Below, one piece after another: positions 38,511 through 52,900 of a stretch of DNA of 64,000 bases (positions are counted from its first letter, which is position 1; the number at the start of each line of letters is the position of its first letter). The translations under genes and the position numbers were made by a program. This stretch comes from Azolla caroliniana (taxonomy: Eukaryota > Plantae > Polypodiophyta), in the NCBI GenBank assembly GCA_043228905.1, contig JBHGNT010000002.1, positions 9,176,001 to 9,240,000 of the forward strand. The letters are read 5' to 3'. Under the pieces are notes generated by a model, which was not told the origin of the DNA, did not search any database, and was given only the letters and a program-made list of their open reading frames with translations.

Positions 38511-40515
38511 GGAAAAGTATATAACATGGGGGAGAACAGTGCAAATAAAATATATGGTGTTTGAATCATTTCCCATGCAAATTTGGTTATATGCCATTCG
38601 AAGTATTGAATTTAGTTGTAGATGATTTGAGACAAGGGTGAGCAACCAGCCATCCACTTTTCTGGGTAGCATACAAAGTTGTGATCTTCCAGAATTATAG
38701 CTATGTAATGCCTCTGTTCAACGATGTAATATCCATGAAGGATCTTGTTGGAATATATATATATATATATATATATTATAGATAGAAATAAGATCATTAA
38801 CCTTGTTCCAAAATGTTTTTTGTTGAATTTCTGCAGTCAACTCTTTTATGAAAATTCATGTAAATTGATCCTTGTGTTAGAGATGACAGTTGACTATCTA
38901 ATATAATGTATGAAACAGTTGGTTATTCTTTGTTAATATTTAATACCCTTTTTTCCTGGTATATTTTTCTTAATCTAAGTAACGGTTTCTATTGAGCATT
39001 TAACAGTTTTTATAACAGATTCAAATATTCATGCATGTATCATGGTATGCTTACTAGAACTGCTCGTGTTTAATTAAATAAGAAAAGTGTGTTTCTATGC
39101 ATATGGTGATTAAATTTGTGGCAGCTTCTATTAAGTTCCTAAGAAAATATGCCCAATTCAAATCTATGCATGGTTGGGTTTGGGAATTCCAGGTTTTCGT
39201 TGAGTTGGCTTGAGCCTTTTTTATCAGTTTTATAGTTTGTGGTTTATCTGTCTTCAAACTATAGTTTAATCATCTTCATGGTTTGGGGTATTGTTTTGAA
39301 TTATGTAATATGTATGTATCATCAAACTTGAATCCTTAATAAAGTGTTTAATTGGTTTCTTAAGAGCTTGTTAATGAAAAAAGTTTCAGAAACTGTGTTG
39401 ATTAATTTAATGTTGGCAATACAAAAAATGTTTAGAAAACTGAGTATCACTAGGCTTTTTGTTATTTAATAAGTTGTGTTTGTAGTACAATGGTTTTGAT
39501 AATTGCCTTCCAATGGAAAAAGATAGCATTGTCTAGCAACTGAAAGCAGCTTGTTTGGACTAATAGTAGTTTGGGACCTGATTTAAAGAGCACCTTACAG
39601 ATAAAACTTCTTGTTGCTGAACAAGTCCATAACAAGTGAATCATTGTTCGAGATCCCCTGAGACGTCTCAAACAAAGAGAATGACTACTCATATTCTTGA
39701 GGTGAATATTTAATGTATAATGTGAAGTTTGGACATAATTGTAATTTGTATTATCTAGCCCACAATGATGCATGGAGATCATTTTAACAGGAATAAAACA
39801 CCTAGATAAGAACCACAACTAGATGAGTTATTTCTCGAATATATAATGATTAAAATACCTATAGTTTCATTCAAACAATGCAGAAGCATCTCAATGGCTG
39901 GTTATCAATTGGTTATTGACATGTCAATGAAATTAAATAGCATTGACATATCAACTAGTAGGAAAAATTAGAGACTAGCTAGTAACAAGTCAATATCATC
40001 TCGAGTATGAGCAACAATAGGCAAAAAAGGAATGTGAATTAAAAACATGCCACATCAAGCAATATATCTATCTGTATATATCGCTAAAAGCCTTGTAAAA
40101 GTGGAAACCTCAAAAATGCACTTTGGAAACAGACCCAACAACTAATGTCACATGTACAACTCAAGGACCCTGGGTTGCAAAAAAAGGTTACCAATCTATG
40201 CATCATAATGAAGATAACAAAATCCATTTACTCTCAGGATCTTGGGGGAGATTACCATAAAAAACTTAATTTTCGAACTTGCAAGTTCTCCCCCTTTTCC
40301 ATGGATGCACAATCCTTCGAAATTCCAACTGCAAAGATAGACATCTCATCTATATAACCCAGGTTCCCACCAAAGTAACAAGGGAGTTGTGAGTAGGTGG
40401 GACTCTTAACAGTGATAATACAATGAATTTGCACTTCCCTCTTGTGCACCAAGAATGTCTATAAAAATATAGCATGTCTTCAAGCACCAGAACATCGCAA
40501 ATACAGCAGTGACTT

Positions 40516-43500
40516 TCAACTTCCAGCATCACCGAAAAGATCATCAAGATCATCATCAAAAGTCAATGACTTGTCTTTGCTATCTTTGTTCTTATCATCC
40601 ACAGAAGAAGTTCCATTATCGCTACTAGCTAATGTTTTTGCCCATGAAGCACCAACTGGGGCTGAAAGGGAGTCATCATAAAGTCCAACTTTGTTGGGAG
40701 ATTTTACTTTCTCAAGAAACTGTTGTAGCTTTTCTGTCACTCCTTTCGATGAGCTCATTGTTATGGAACCAGTGGAATTACTCATATTCTTCTCTTTTGG
40801 AATGACAGTTACTTCAACAAGATCATCGAATCTTCCAACAAGAGAACCTTCTTTAACTCCCAAAGGTCCTGGCTCCATACTCACATCAGCACCATCAGAA
40901 ATACCAACTATCTCAACAAGAATTCCATTGTACTGATCTCTAAAAGTAACTCTAGATTTTTTAAGCTTTTTATTGGGCCGTTTAGTAGGCACATTTTGTG
41001 CTGATCCAGATCTAATAACAGATGTCATACCCAACTTATTAAGAAGTGTGTTGTAAGCAACAATTGCGTCTTCATCAGATGGATCAGGAGGAGGAGGTAG
41101 TACAAAATTGGAGGGTAACTTCGATGAATGTGGTGTTTTGACCTCCCCCTTCCTCAACACATAACTTCGAGATGAAGCAGCAAATTTTAGGGATTGACCT
41201 ACTTCAAGCTCAACCGGGCTATCTTTACTAAGGCGCTCATTGGCGACAAATGTGCCATGCACTGATCCCATGTCTATCACGAAAACACTGCAGTCACACC
41301 ACGTCAAAATGAAAAGCACATCCCAATCATATTCAAAAGAATTAAAAGAAGTAATGGAAACAGAATCCAGACAAATAATTCTATAGATCACAATTCTTTA
41401 ACATGTTCAGGTGTCAAAAACACTTGGTTAAAATGGAATCATATCCACATCTCTCATTTGTGTATATACTTTTAAATTCCAGTCACACACATACTTGATT
41501 CTGGCTTGTTAAATAAACAAGTTGAACTAAATGTGGAGAAAATGACATGTGTTATACATCCATAATTATTCTTCTCATAGTGAGGAGAGCTATGCAACCT
41601 GACGATAACATATTAAATTTGGAGTTGAGATTGAGATATTGACACAGATAAAACAATAGTAGGGTTCTCACATTCAGTGTGACAGAAGCCTGATGTGAAA
41701 ATTTGAGTTCATTGTTATGAAGAGCCAATGCTCGTGTTATAAGATGCATCAACTACAAGGATCATTGTGAAATTTGCACTTACATATAAGCACATTAGCA
41801 GACACATTTGGACCAAGACATCCAATAAGCAGCTTATAAGTAATTGTACAGATACAGGACACATGGTAGAGGATTGATTCCTTTCAAATATCACCGTGTT
41901 AACATGTGATGTAGCACAGAATCACTCATTCAGAATGGCTGTTATCAATTGAATGAAAAGTATTGCTACAGGCAAGAGCTAGGAGGTTGGTTACTGAATT
42001 TAGAAGTGTCAAGAACTGATTGCCCCATGTAAGTCATATACAATAGTTAATGCAAACAGTTCCAATTTGCAGGCCATAAATAGTTTCAAAGTGAAAAGCA
42101 TTATTTACCATTTGCAGGCCATACAATAGTTTCTGGCAGTTAAAAAAGTTGTCAATAATGGTCTTCTTTGAAAGGATAGCTCGGGATGTACGCACTCCAG
42201 AGAGGATGAGTGTAAGAAGCACTATACTCAGTCATGTCTTCTAGACAGAAGCACGTAAACTTATGTGGGCCATATATAGCCTCTTATACATTATCGATAT
42301 GAAGCAGAACATGCTGTATCAGACCCCAATATCCATCATTAATATATGGATATAATTATTAGAGGTCTTGGCAGAAACATGTGACTTGTTCAAAACATGC
42401 GTAACTTAAAATTGGATGTTGGATTAGAATCTAGGAATCTGAGTTATTTTGTAGGCTCAATAATCATCTCTCGCCTCCAATGTAACCTAAACGGATCCAT
42501 ATCTCTACACAAACTATGTAATCAGCTAAATGGAATTCAACACATATCACCAAATGGTATTGCCTATAAACGATGTCTTCAAAGTGGTAAATCCAAATCC
42601 TGAGATGTTTCCAAATCGCATAAACAAAGTCTAAAGACACAAATGGCCGGATCTATTATAAATGAGTAAATGTACCAGGTAATGAGAATTAGAGCTGATA
42701 TAACACAAAATCTTGAATTGAACGAAATAAAAAAAGACTAGCCTTTAATCACCTCAAAGCAGAACTCATAAGATCAAATGCAAAAAAATGCACAACTCAT
42801 AAGATCTACAGGAATTACTGCTCAACTGTAATTGTTGTGTTTTCCTGACCAAGAGCTTAATTTGCATCACTATCCATAAGAAACAGCTCATAAACGCTAC
42901 AATAACACAGGAGATTGAACTTTCAAAAGACAGAATACATACGGCCCTCAAGCACAAACAAGATTATAATATGACTACCAATCATTAAACTCTTCTCTAA
43001 ATTAGATAGGATTTCATAAAGATGTCGTAGAAATAGAACTGTGAAATATTTCCCTTGGCAAAAAAGCACAACCAAGTGCAAAGAATACAAAAATTCATCG
43101 TTCACATAGAAGGTGCGAAAAGCCAAACCTGCCATTCTTGTGTTGTACCACTGCAGCATGTTGTCGGGACACAGACGGATGATCCAAAACAAAATCGCAC
43201 ATTATGGCTTGTCGGCCAAAAATGTGTCTCTTTTTTTCTAGCATTATTTTATCAACAACTTCTCCATCTTTCATAACATCGAGCCAGAAAAGTCCTGATC
43301 GAGGTTCTACTGCCCAATCTGGAGGTTGCCAATTAGATTGTCCACCACCAACACTTGTAGTTTGAGTCGAAGATAGCTCAACTTCTGAAGGTTTCGAAAC
43401 TGTATTTGTTTGGTGATGGAATTGGTTATTTACACTTGATGGTATAGCCAAATCTCTCACTTGCCCAGAGGCTGAAGCAACAGTAGCTCCATTCTGTACT

Positions 43501-43556
43501 GAAAATGGCTCAGCTGTCTGAGCCTTCTTAAATCTATCCAAACTATACCTGTGCAT
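40516..43556 (-). CDS. NIPP1: FHA-domain protein, NIPP1/PPP1R8-like nuclear PP1 regulator, 2 coding exons, ~399 aa
   Basis: Exons 43556-43129 and 41287-40516 (GT-AG intron, 1200 nt in frame). MHRYSLDRFKK...PPDWAVEP, FHA motifs FGR, SVSRQHA and DMGSVHGTF, PP1-docking motif KSRVTF, acidic tail DDLFGD. A splice acceptor just before the ATG (43562-43563) implies upstream non-coding exon(s). Confidence 0.92.
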
Positions 43557-46242
43557 CACGGCTGTAGTTTGTAACAGGTCAAATAAATAAACATGAAGTA
43601 AGGACATTGAAGTGATCAATGAAAATGTAGCTAAACCTTAGTCCCTAAGCCTACCAAAACAGAAGATAAAACTGAAAAGAACACCACAAAAAACAACTAT
43701 CAGCTCTAATTCTCATTATCTGTAATGACTGTCAAGACCCTGGCTGTAACAAAAATACCTAGACTCTTAGTTTAGAACAATAAATCCTAGAATCTCACCA
43801 ATCAACCTAAATGAATTAGGATCGGATCGTCAACTTTACAGGTATCTTACTGTCCACATTGAAAATCACTTTGACACAGGAAATCAGAGGGTCTGGTAGA
43901 GTTGTGCTTTACAAAGAAAAGTTACAACCTCTCATATAAATTGTTCGCAGAAATAAGGCAACTTGATAGATGTGGGTTAGACTGAGCATATGAGGGCAGA
44001 TAACCATACATTGTTAAATGTTATCTCCCAATGGAAATAACCATGTCTCATTTTAGATGAGAATATTTGGGATTTGGAAAGACATGGACATATCAACTTG
44101 TTTGGAGACCTCGGTGCTAGTACAGCATGCCATCAGTCCTCTTTCTTTGATACTTCAGAGAGATGCTTCGAGAACTTGATTCTGTGGAGTTGAGTTCAAG
44201 TCAGTGATTGGTGGATTTTGAAGATTTCACTGAGTATGGCAGATATCTTCCGGATGAATAGTCTAGAAAGATATTCACTAAGGAGTGGCTTTAATTGTTT
44301 CCATATAGGTATGAAAATAGCACTGTAGTTTATGCATCCTTGTTCCCACCACACTAGGGACTCATATACATGTGCCCTAGGTGCAACCCAAACACACTGG
44401 TAAAGCAGTGGATCACAAAAACTTATCTTTTTCAGTGCAATTTAACAAGACTTTTGATCTACCACGACAAAATGCACACCAGCTACCCAAACTGTAATTT
44501 CTGCAGCAAGTCAGCCAGGTCTTATCACAGAGTTGACACAGAATTTGACAGAAGACTCTATATTCAGCTGCAGCAACAGCTTTTCAATGTATTAATTGGA
44601 CATGGAGATCAGATTCAGGTATTATGCATCAGAATGAACCCATTGAATATTATATTATGAGGCATTGCATCTCAACCTTGCACTAATAGGTGTTAACATA
44701 TTGTCTCTGTCAACACACTCATTGCATCTTGAGATTCTTCTGTTTAAATTATGCTATTGGATTTTTTATCCCTTATTTTTCACATCTTACAATGTAAGTT
44801 TTAAAATACCATACATACATTGAACACAGATGTACATTACCACTTAATAACATTGCACTTAAATAATAACAGCATCCCACGATCTCAAAGATCAATCAAA
44901 GGCTAATGGCCTCAAGACAAAGGAACCAGCTACAGTAACACCCATGATTATTGCCATGAGTTTCATCCATTTAACATTGGGTTTGGATTTGTTTGGGGTC
45001 TGCATGTTATGTTCCTAAAGTCGTTTGAAATGAGGCCATATACAGTTGCTTTAAAAGGTATAAGTGATGGACAAGTGAATGGGCTACGATGATATTTTGA
45101 AGGGTGACACTGGACAAGGAGACTTGTTTTATTTAAACAAGCATCTTCTGGTAAATTCGGCTCTACTTTAAAGCTAATTGTAAGTCCTTTTTGGTGGGGC
45201 AAACCTGAGGATCTCATAGTTTCTTTGCTATCTTTTCTACAATGTTCAGTTAAGAGTACTTTGGAAGCATTACATGGAAGTTTCGTTGTCATCTGAAATA
45301 GGCTTTTAAATTAATGGTTCTAGTTTTAGGATTTGGGCTTGACCTTATTGTATCCTCTTTTACTGATGATAAACAAAGAAATATTGAAAGGGAAGTGCAT
45401 CTTTGGATGCTAATAAATGTCGACCTCCTTGTTCAAGAGGGTTCTAGGTTCCAGGATGCGAACTTAGTGAGTTCAAAAATTTTCTGCAGGAATTTCTTCA
45501 TTTGTAGAAGATTTTCTAATGATGACATTTTAGCTAAATTGGTAGTTTGATTGGTGTTCTAAACCTTCCAGGAAGTTAGATGGGAAGCTTTCATAATAAA
45601 ACCAAAAGAAAGGTCTGTAACGATCAACCATTCCTTCAATGTCCATGAAAGCTTCAACAGATAGAAAGTGCAGCTAAACCTGAACATTAAGCCTTGTAAA
45701 AACCACACTTTTCTGTAAAAGAACATTTCTAGCAAAAACAATCCTATAACCCACAAAATTAGCGAAAACTGAGACAATCTGATCATAGATCTTGAGGTAA
45801 ATCATTTCCACGGGATAATCTAACTTGAAATGAAGCATGGAAATGATGAGTAGTTCCTAAGTGTCCATGAAAATCTGTAGCTAAATCTGAACTATAACCC
45901 TCATAAAACCCTGCGTAACTGCAAAGAACATAAAAGAAAATATGTCTAAACACTTAACTAACAGAACCAAATCCAAGTATGTATCTGAAAGATCAAGAAA
46001 AAACCAGACACAATCAGGCAAATTAACTTCACTGATTTTTAAAGAGAAGGAAGCAGGGACAGAAAAAGATCGCTTTGTTTTAATCCAACCTGAAGAAACT
46101 TCTGGAAAAGGTCAGTGGTTCTTCGAATTTCCATGAAAGATCAGAAGAAGAAAAGCAGTAAAGGCTCCTGGACAAAGCTTGGCGAACGAACTATCCTTAG
46201 AGATACCTGCTAAGAAGAGCAAAAACGTGGCTGTGTAAGCAG

Positions 46243-46246
<4 letters not shown>

Positions 46247-46282
<36 letters not shown>

Positions 46283-46523
46283 GGGGGGGGGGGGGGGTAG
46301 GGAGATGAACCTGCAGGTCTGTGAAAGAGCGAAGGATTGTGGAAGGGATGGCCATGGCCAGGCAGAGGGGTGGGTTGGGAGGGGGAGGGAGTGTGAAGGC
46401 GGACATTTCCAATGGGACAGAGGAATAGTGTGAACACGGACATCTCCATGGGACAGAGCAAGTGTGAACTCGGACATTTCCATGGGACAAAGGGATGGCC
46501 ATGGATGCGGACATGTCCCATAG

Positions 46524-46567
<44 letters not shown>
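46247..46567. repeat. (GA)n, G-runs, short GGACAT..CCATGGGACA repeats and (TG)n; probable 5' end region of the NIPP1-like gene
   Basis: The repeats are directly visible. Assignment to the gene's 5' end is inferred from candidate minus-strand splice sites at ~46090, ~46207 and ~46310. Confidence 0.6.
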
Positions 46568-46571
<4 letters not shown>

Positions 46572-49251
46572 GCACAGGATTATATTAATTGTATGTAAAA
46601 TCCACTTCTTATCACACACTTACGAGTCTCCTCTACCTCTCTATCCTATCTTATCCTTTCCTTTGTAAGGGAGAGGAACGCCCTGTAACGCCGCTAGGAA
46701 ACCTGAACATGCATTTGAGGAAATGATCCCCACATGCTTTTTCTTAACATCCAGAAACTCCGCATAAGAATATCGTTCAACTTCTTCATGTAGGCTTTCA
46801 CCCCCCTATAATGTCTACCATCAAACACAAAAGCATTATGCATATTTCAATTGTGTTGTAGTCCCCAATATCGTAACAATTGGAACAATATCTCTACCTC
46901 GTCATTTGGACCATTTTGAACATACTTGAGGTCTCGAATAAAAATGGGTAAAAACTTGCCAAACATCGGATAAGGATATCCACATGATACACGCTATAGG
47001 ACATTTAATGAACCTATGTGTATTATCCTCCAATGAAATGGTGTAAAAGGAACAAGTGCCTGACACTAGTCCTCGTCTCTTTAAGGCTAAACCTAATGGG
47101 TGTTGGGCTAAAAGTCCTACTTCTCTAAGTGTGAAATCTCCTTTAGGGCTAAGCCCAATCACGTATAAATAAGAGGTATTCCGCTTTCTACATATAATTT
47201 GACGGATGACAATACATATCTTCTCTTTGCTAACAATTGTGTAACTGTCTCTGTGTATATTTCTCTCTGTATGTATGTCAAAATAGGATCACAACACCTC
47301 ACGCTTATTCTACACTTGCTTGCTTCACATCAACAAGATCTTCACATTTGTTTCCACATAGTCGACCACAATTGACCAACAGACTACACACATTAGTCGA
47401 CTAAACACTACAAGTATCATCAAGTGGTATTAGAGCGATCTTGGAATCAGGTAGCGTCAGTATAGGAAGAGGAAGAAGCTTTGAAGGAAAAGACCAGGTC
47501 GACTAAATCTCCAAAAAGAACAATAACTTCGACATCCAACACAGGTTGCAAATTGCAATTTTAGGAAGTTGGATGGCAAGAATTTTGCCCTATGGAAGGA
47601 GATGATGCATGATGTGATGATCATCTGACGCCAAATCAAAGCGAATATACACAGTAGCAGACCGTCAACGATGACAATCATAGAATGACAATCGCTTGAT
47701 GAGATTGCAAGTTTGACAATCCGAATGCATCTGGCCGAACACGTCTACTTCAGCATGGCGAAAGAGTCTACTGCATTTGCCCTATGGGAGAAACTTCCAT
47801 CTATATACAAAAAGAAGTTGAGCTCCCATATCAACACCTTTAGCCGAGTGTTGACCAAACTCTCCTCGCAAGGCCTTAACTTCGAAGAAGAAATCAAGGC
47901 ACTTGCATTCCTCTCGAGCCTCCTGACGAGTTGGGAAGTGTTCTGCACAACTATCACCAACATCTTGATGAAGTTGACACTCGACGAAGCAATTTGGGGC
48001 AGTACAATCAGAAGAGCTTCGAAGAAAATTGATGGGACTTACCCTCGATGATAGTGCCAAAGTTCACTTCTTCAGGGGAACAACTCAAAGGACCAGTTGC
48101 GATCAAAGCAGGCCGAGAATGGTCGAAATCAAGAGGTGCGCCTTCAAACACCTATTGCACACATTCGTAAAAGGCTGGACACCAAGTTTCTAGTCATTGA
48201 ATAAGAAGGGCAAAGGTAGAAAATTTGAGTGGAACACAAGCTCTTCTGACTCGAACCATCCTTCAACTGGCAACCAAATCCATGTTGCTGAATCACCGTC
48301 AGGAGAAGTCCCCTCGTTAGAAGGCTTGTCAACAGGTGAGATCATGACAATGCATAAGATGCACAAACGTGGTTGCTCAATTCGGGCACCACCTTTCACA
48401 TGACCACCCATAGAGAATGGTTTTCGAACTATTCATCCACTGCCGGCTTGGTCAAACTCGGCAATGCGGAGGAGTGCAAGATCACCGGAATAGGTGGTAT
48501 ACCCATTCGGCTCCCAAATGGAAGCTTAATCACTCTGCACGGAGTTCGGCACATACCCAAGCTTAAAAGGAATTTAATCTCCATCGGCATGTTGGTTGAA
48601 GATGGGTACAAGATGACAATGAGTGAGTCGTCATGGCAGATCTCAAAAGACAATTTGCATATAGGCCATGGCATAAAGTACAATAATTTGTACCCACTCA
48701 CAAAATATAGTTGGGAGGGATAACTAAATGTAGCTGAAATGCCAACATCGTCACTATGGCATGCCGACTCGGCCACATGTCACAAACAGGTTTCGAAAGG
48801 CTTACAACACAACTACATTCCAAAGCTTCAGCATTAGGAATTTGACTTCTATAGGCATTGCCACTACAGGAAGCACACCGGAAGTCTACACTCTACCCAC
48901 TATGAGACGGTATGACTACCCTAGAGTTGATCCACAACGACATCTGCAGGGTGATGCCTGAAAGATCTCTAGGATGTGCGCGATACTTCATCACCTTCGT
49001 GGATGATTATACACACAAAGTTTGGCCTTACTCACTCAAGTCCAAAGACAAAGCCCTCAATACATTCACTTGGTGGATAACCGACATTGAAAACCGATCT
49101 AGCCACAAAGTAAAAATCTTTTGGTTGGACAACATGGGTGAATACACCTTGAGAGCCTTCCAGAAGTACCTATTCGGAAGAGGGATCCGGCATCAACGAA
49201 CAATTCAATACACCCCAATGCAAAATGGTGTAGCCGAATGATCCAAGAAAG

Positions 49252-49927
49252 TGTTGGGATTACGGTCCCTCCGGATGGGATGTCCGGAGATGAATGACGG
49301 CAAGCCCGGCTACGGTTACGGAGCCGGATGATGAAGACCCCGGCTACGGAGCCGGATGATGAAGACCCCGGCTACGGAGCCGGATGATGAAGACCCCGGT
49401 TACGGAGCCGGATGATGAAGACCCCGGCTACGGAGCCGGATGATGTATGTACCCGGAGCGAGATCCGGATGCGGGGACATATTTGTGAATATGTTTGCCA
49501 AGGGCCCTTGAGGCTATATTTGTAAATAGCCCGAAAGTCATATGTGTATAAATATGACTTAGGGCAAACAGTTTATGTTGTTGTTGCTCATTTTTCTGTT
49601 TTCCACTGAGAGGAAGCGAAGTGAGAGCAGCCGAGAGAGAGTGAGAGAGAGAGAGAGAGACGAAGAGGTAGTTGCCTCTGTGTATTACCGCCGCCTGTGG
49701 CGAAGACAGTGAGCTCAAGGTTGTTGCCTTGCAGCTTCACCAGTGTACATCCCTGTTCATAGTGATCGTTGGAGTTTGAGAACTCCCGTGGTTTTTCCCA
49801 TTAAGGGTTTTCCACGTAAAATATCCAGCGTACACTTCTCTCCATTGTTTTTCGTGCATTCTTGTATTTCCCGCTTTCTGTGAATCGAACCTGTTCCTCG
49901 GTTGTGGCCGAGCACTGTTTTACAACA
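49252..49927 (+). repeat. 5' LTR of Copia-6 (four 28-bp U3 units plus a partial unit)
   Basis: Unit TACGGAGCCGGATGATGAAGACCCCGGC at 49317-49445. Confidence 0.95.
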
Positions 49928-49957
49928 AATTGGTATCAGAGCACGGTAACACAGAAA

Positions 49958-52900
49958 ATGGAAGGCGGCGGTAGTGGGCCTCCGGGCATGATGGTGTTGA
50001 ACTCACAGAACTACGCCGACTGGAAGATAAAGATGGAAGACCTTCTCATCGTCCGAGACCTGTATGAACTGATCGACAATGCCGAGATACCCAAGGGGGT
50101 AATAGAGTCGGAGTGGAAGCTCCTGAACCGGAAAGCCGTAGCGACGATCCGGCAATATGTCGATGTAAGCGTCCTACAACATGTGGCGAACGACACCAAC
50201 GCATATGAGATGTGGAAGAAGCTGTCGGGCCTCTACGAGAGGAAGAATGCGTTGAACCGGACCTCCCTGATGAGGAAGATAGTGAACCTCAAGTACCGGG
50301 ACGGCGAGAACATGGTGGAACACGTAAGCACGTTCATGGGATTCGTGAACCAGCTTGCCGCGATCAAGTTCCCGTTGGAGGATGCAATGCAAGCCATCAT
50401 CCTGATGTGTACATTGCCGGACAGCTGGGAGAACTTGGTGGTGACTCTCAGCACCTCCTGCACCGAAGATAACTTGTCCCTACAAACGGTAAAGACAAGT
50501 ATTTTGAACGAAGAAGCGCGTCGGAGAGATAAAGAACCGGCCTCCGACTCGAAGGCGCTGCTTACCGAATCGGAACGGGGAAGACAATGGAACCGGAGTC
50601 CGCAAAGACGGGAGAAGTCGGGGACCCGGTCGCAGTCAAGAGGAAGACCCACATGCTTCCACTGTGGGAAGCCGGGGCACTTCCGGAAGAATTGTCGGCA
50701 TTACCGAAAGGACAACGGAGCCGACGACACCGATTCGAAGAAGTCACCGGAGAGAAACGGTGCATACCGGGGAGCCACGGACCGGAGAGGTCCGGATCGG
50801 CGAGGGCAGGACCGGAAAGGAACGACGGCACTCGCGGCAAGTGAAGAGGAGATCATGCTCATCACCGAAGAAGGTGAACTAAACATTGCCAGCGATGAGA
50901 CGACCTGGGTGGTCGATTCCGGAGCATCGTTCCACCTGACCCCGGAGAGAAGATACTTCTCATCCTACATAGCCGGTGAGCATGGCTGCGTTCGGATGGG
51001 AAATGAAGGTACGTGCCGGATTTCCGGCATAGGAGACGTGTGGTTAACAACCTCGACCGGATGCAAAATGCTGTTGAAGGATGTCCGACACGTTCCGGAG
51101 GTCCGACTGAACCTGATTTCGGCCGGGAGGCTAGATGATGAAGGCTACACGGGTAGCATCCGGAACGGTGTCATGAAGTTCAGCAAGGGGAGCTTGATAG
51201 TGGCTCGGGCCCGGAAGGTCAACACTCTGTACCTGATGAATGCCTGGTTATGTCCGGAAGAGCTGAATGTGGCAGCCGACACTGCCGGTGAGCTGTGGCA
51301 CAAGAGACTGTGCCACATGAGCGAGAAGGGGATGAAGAGGCTTGCAGAAGACAACCTCATTCCAGTGAAGCACGTGCACCTGGAGAAGTGCACCGATTGC
51401 CTGGCCGGTAAGCAGAACCGAGCCTCCTTCCACTCAAGGCCACCGACGAGACGTAGTGTACCATTGGAGTTGGTACACACTGATGTGTGTCAAGTAGAAA
51501 CGAAGTCACATGGCGGAGCCCAGTACTTCGTGACATTCATTGATGACCACAGCCGGAAGCTGTGGACGGCACCGTTGAAGACAAAGGACCAAGTGTTGTG
51601 CGTCTTCAAAGAACTCCACGCGAGAGTGGAAAGGGAATCCGGCAAGAAGCTGAAAGCGATACGAGCGGATAACGGAGGGGAATACCGGGGGCAGTTCCAG
51701 GAGTACTGTCGCTCGAAGGGAATCCGGCTTGAGTTTACTGTGCCGAAGACGCCGGAACTGAACGGGCTGGCCGAGAGGATGAATCGGACCATAATGGAGA
51801 GGGTCCGGAGTATGCTGGCGCATGCGGAATTACCCAAGGGGTTTTGGGCTGAGGCAATGTCGACGGCGACATATGTGATAAACAGATCACCCTCAGTACC
51901 TTTGGACGGAGACACGCCGCAGAGAGTGTGGACCGGTAGGGAAGTATCCTACCGGCATTTGAAGGTGTTCGGGTGTCTCGCATACGTGCATGTGGCAAAG
52001 GACCGGAGAGGAAAGCTAGATCCAAAGACCCGGCCATGCATATTCCTCGGTTACGGCGACGACGAGTTCGGCTACCGAGTATGGGACCCGGTCGACAAGA
52101 AGATATTCAGGAGTCGAGACATCATCTTCATGGAGGACAAGACACTCGCCGACTGGGAGTCGGAGAAGAAGATGAAGAGCTCCAAGTCGACCGGTGAGGA
52201 TAAACTCTATGAGGAGCAGTCCCGACCGGCAAGGGACCGGTTAGCACTCGAGGATCCGGCCGAAGACGGTGAAGAAACCGAACCGGCCGAAGAAGTCGAA
52301 AATGATACCGGAACCGGCCCCGATCCCGAAATGGATTCGGATGAAGAAGAATCGGAAGAACCGGTTACCGAAGCTCTGGAACGGAGATATCCTCTAAGAG
52401 AGAGAAGGGCCCCCCGGAGATTTCCGGAACCAGAGCACGTGCTGCTAACCGACGAGGGGGAGCCGGAGAGCTTTGAAGAAGCAAAGCATGACACCCAGAG
52501 CCGCAGGTGGTTGAGTGCCATGCAGGACGAGATGGATTCCCTGCATGAGAACCACACATATGAACTTGTGGAGTTGCCGAAAGGAAAGCGGGCACTTCGA
52601 AACAAGTGGGTGTTCAAGCTGAAACCGGGAGATGCCGAAAACCCCCCGAGATACAAAGCCAGGATCGTGGTGAAGGGGTTTCAGCAGAAGAAGGGCGTCG
52701 ACTTCGACGAGATATTTGCCCCGGTAGTGAAGATGACCTCCATCCGGACGGTGCTGAGCATAGCGGCAAGCATGGACCTCGAGGTAGAACAGATGGACGT
52801 GAAGACGGCATTCCTTCACGGTGACCTCGATGAAGAGATCTACATGCAGCAACCGGAAGGATTCGAGAAGAAAGGGAAGGAGCACCTGGTATGCCGGTTG

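Noticed and set aside
44963-45550. ORFs in the NIPP1-like 5' intron as a LINE ORF1 remnant or a gene
   Set aside because: No recognisable motif with enough support.
49862-49957. N-terminal extension of the 1389-aa ORF
   Set aside because: It starts at a TTG inside the LTR and crosses the PBS. The real start is ATG 49958.
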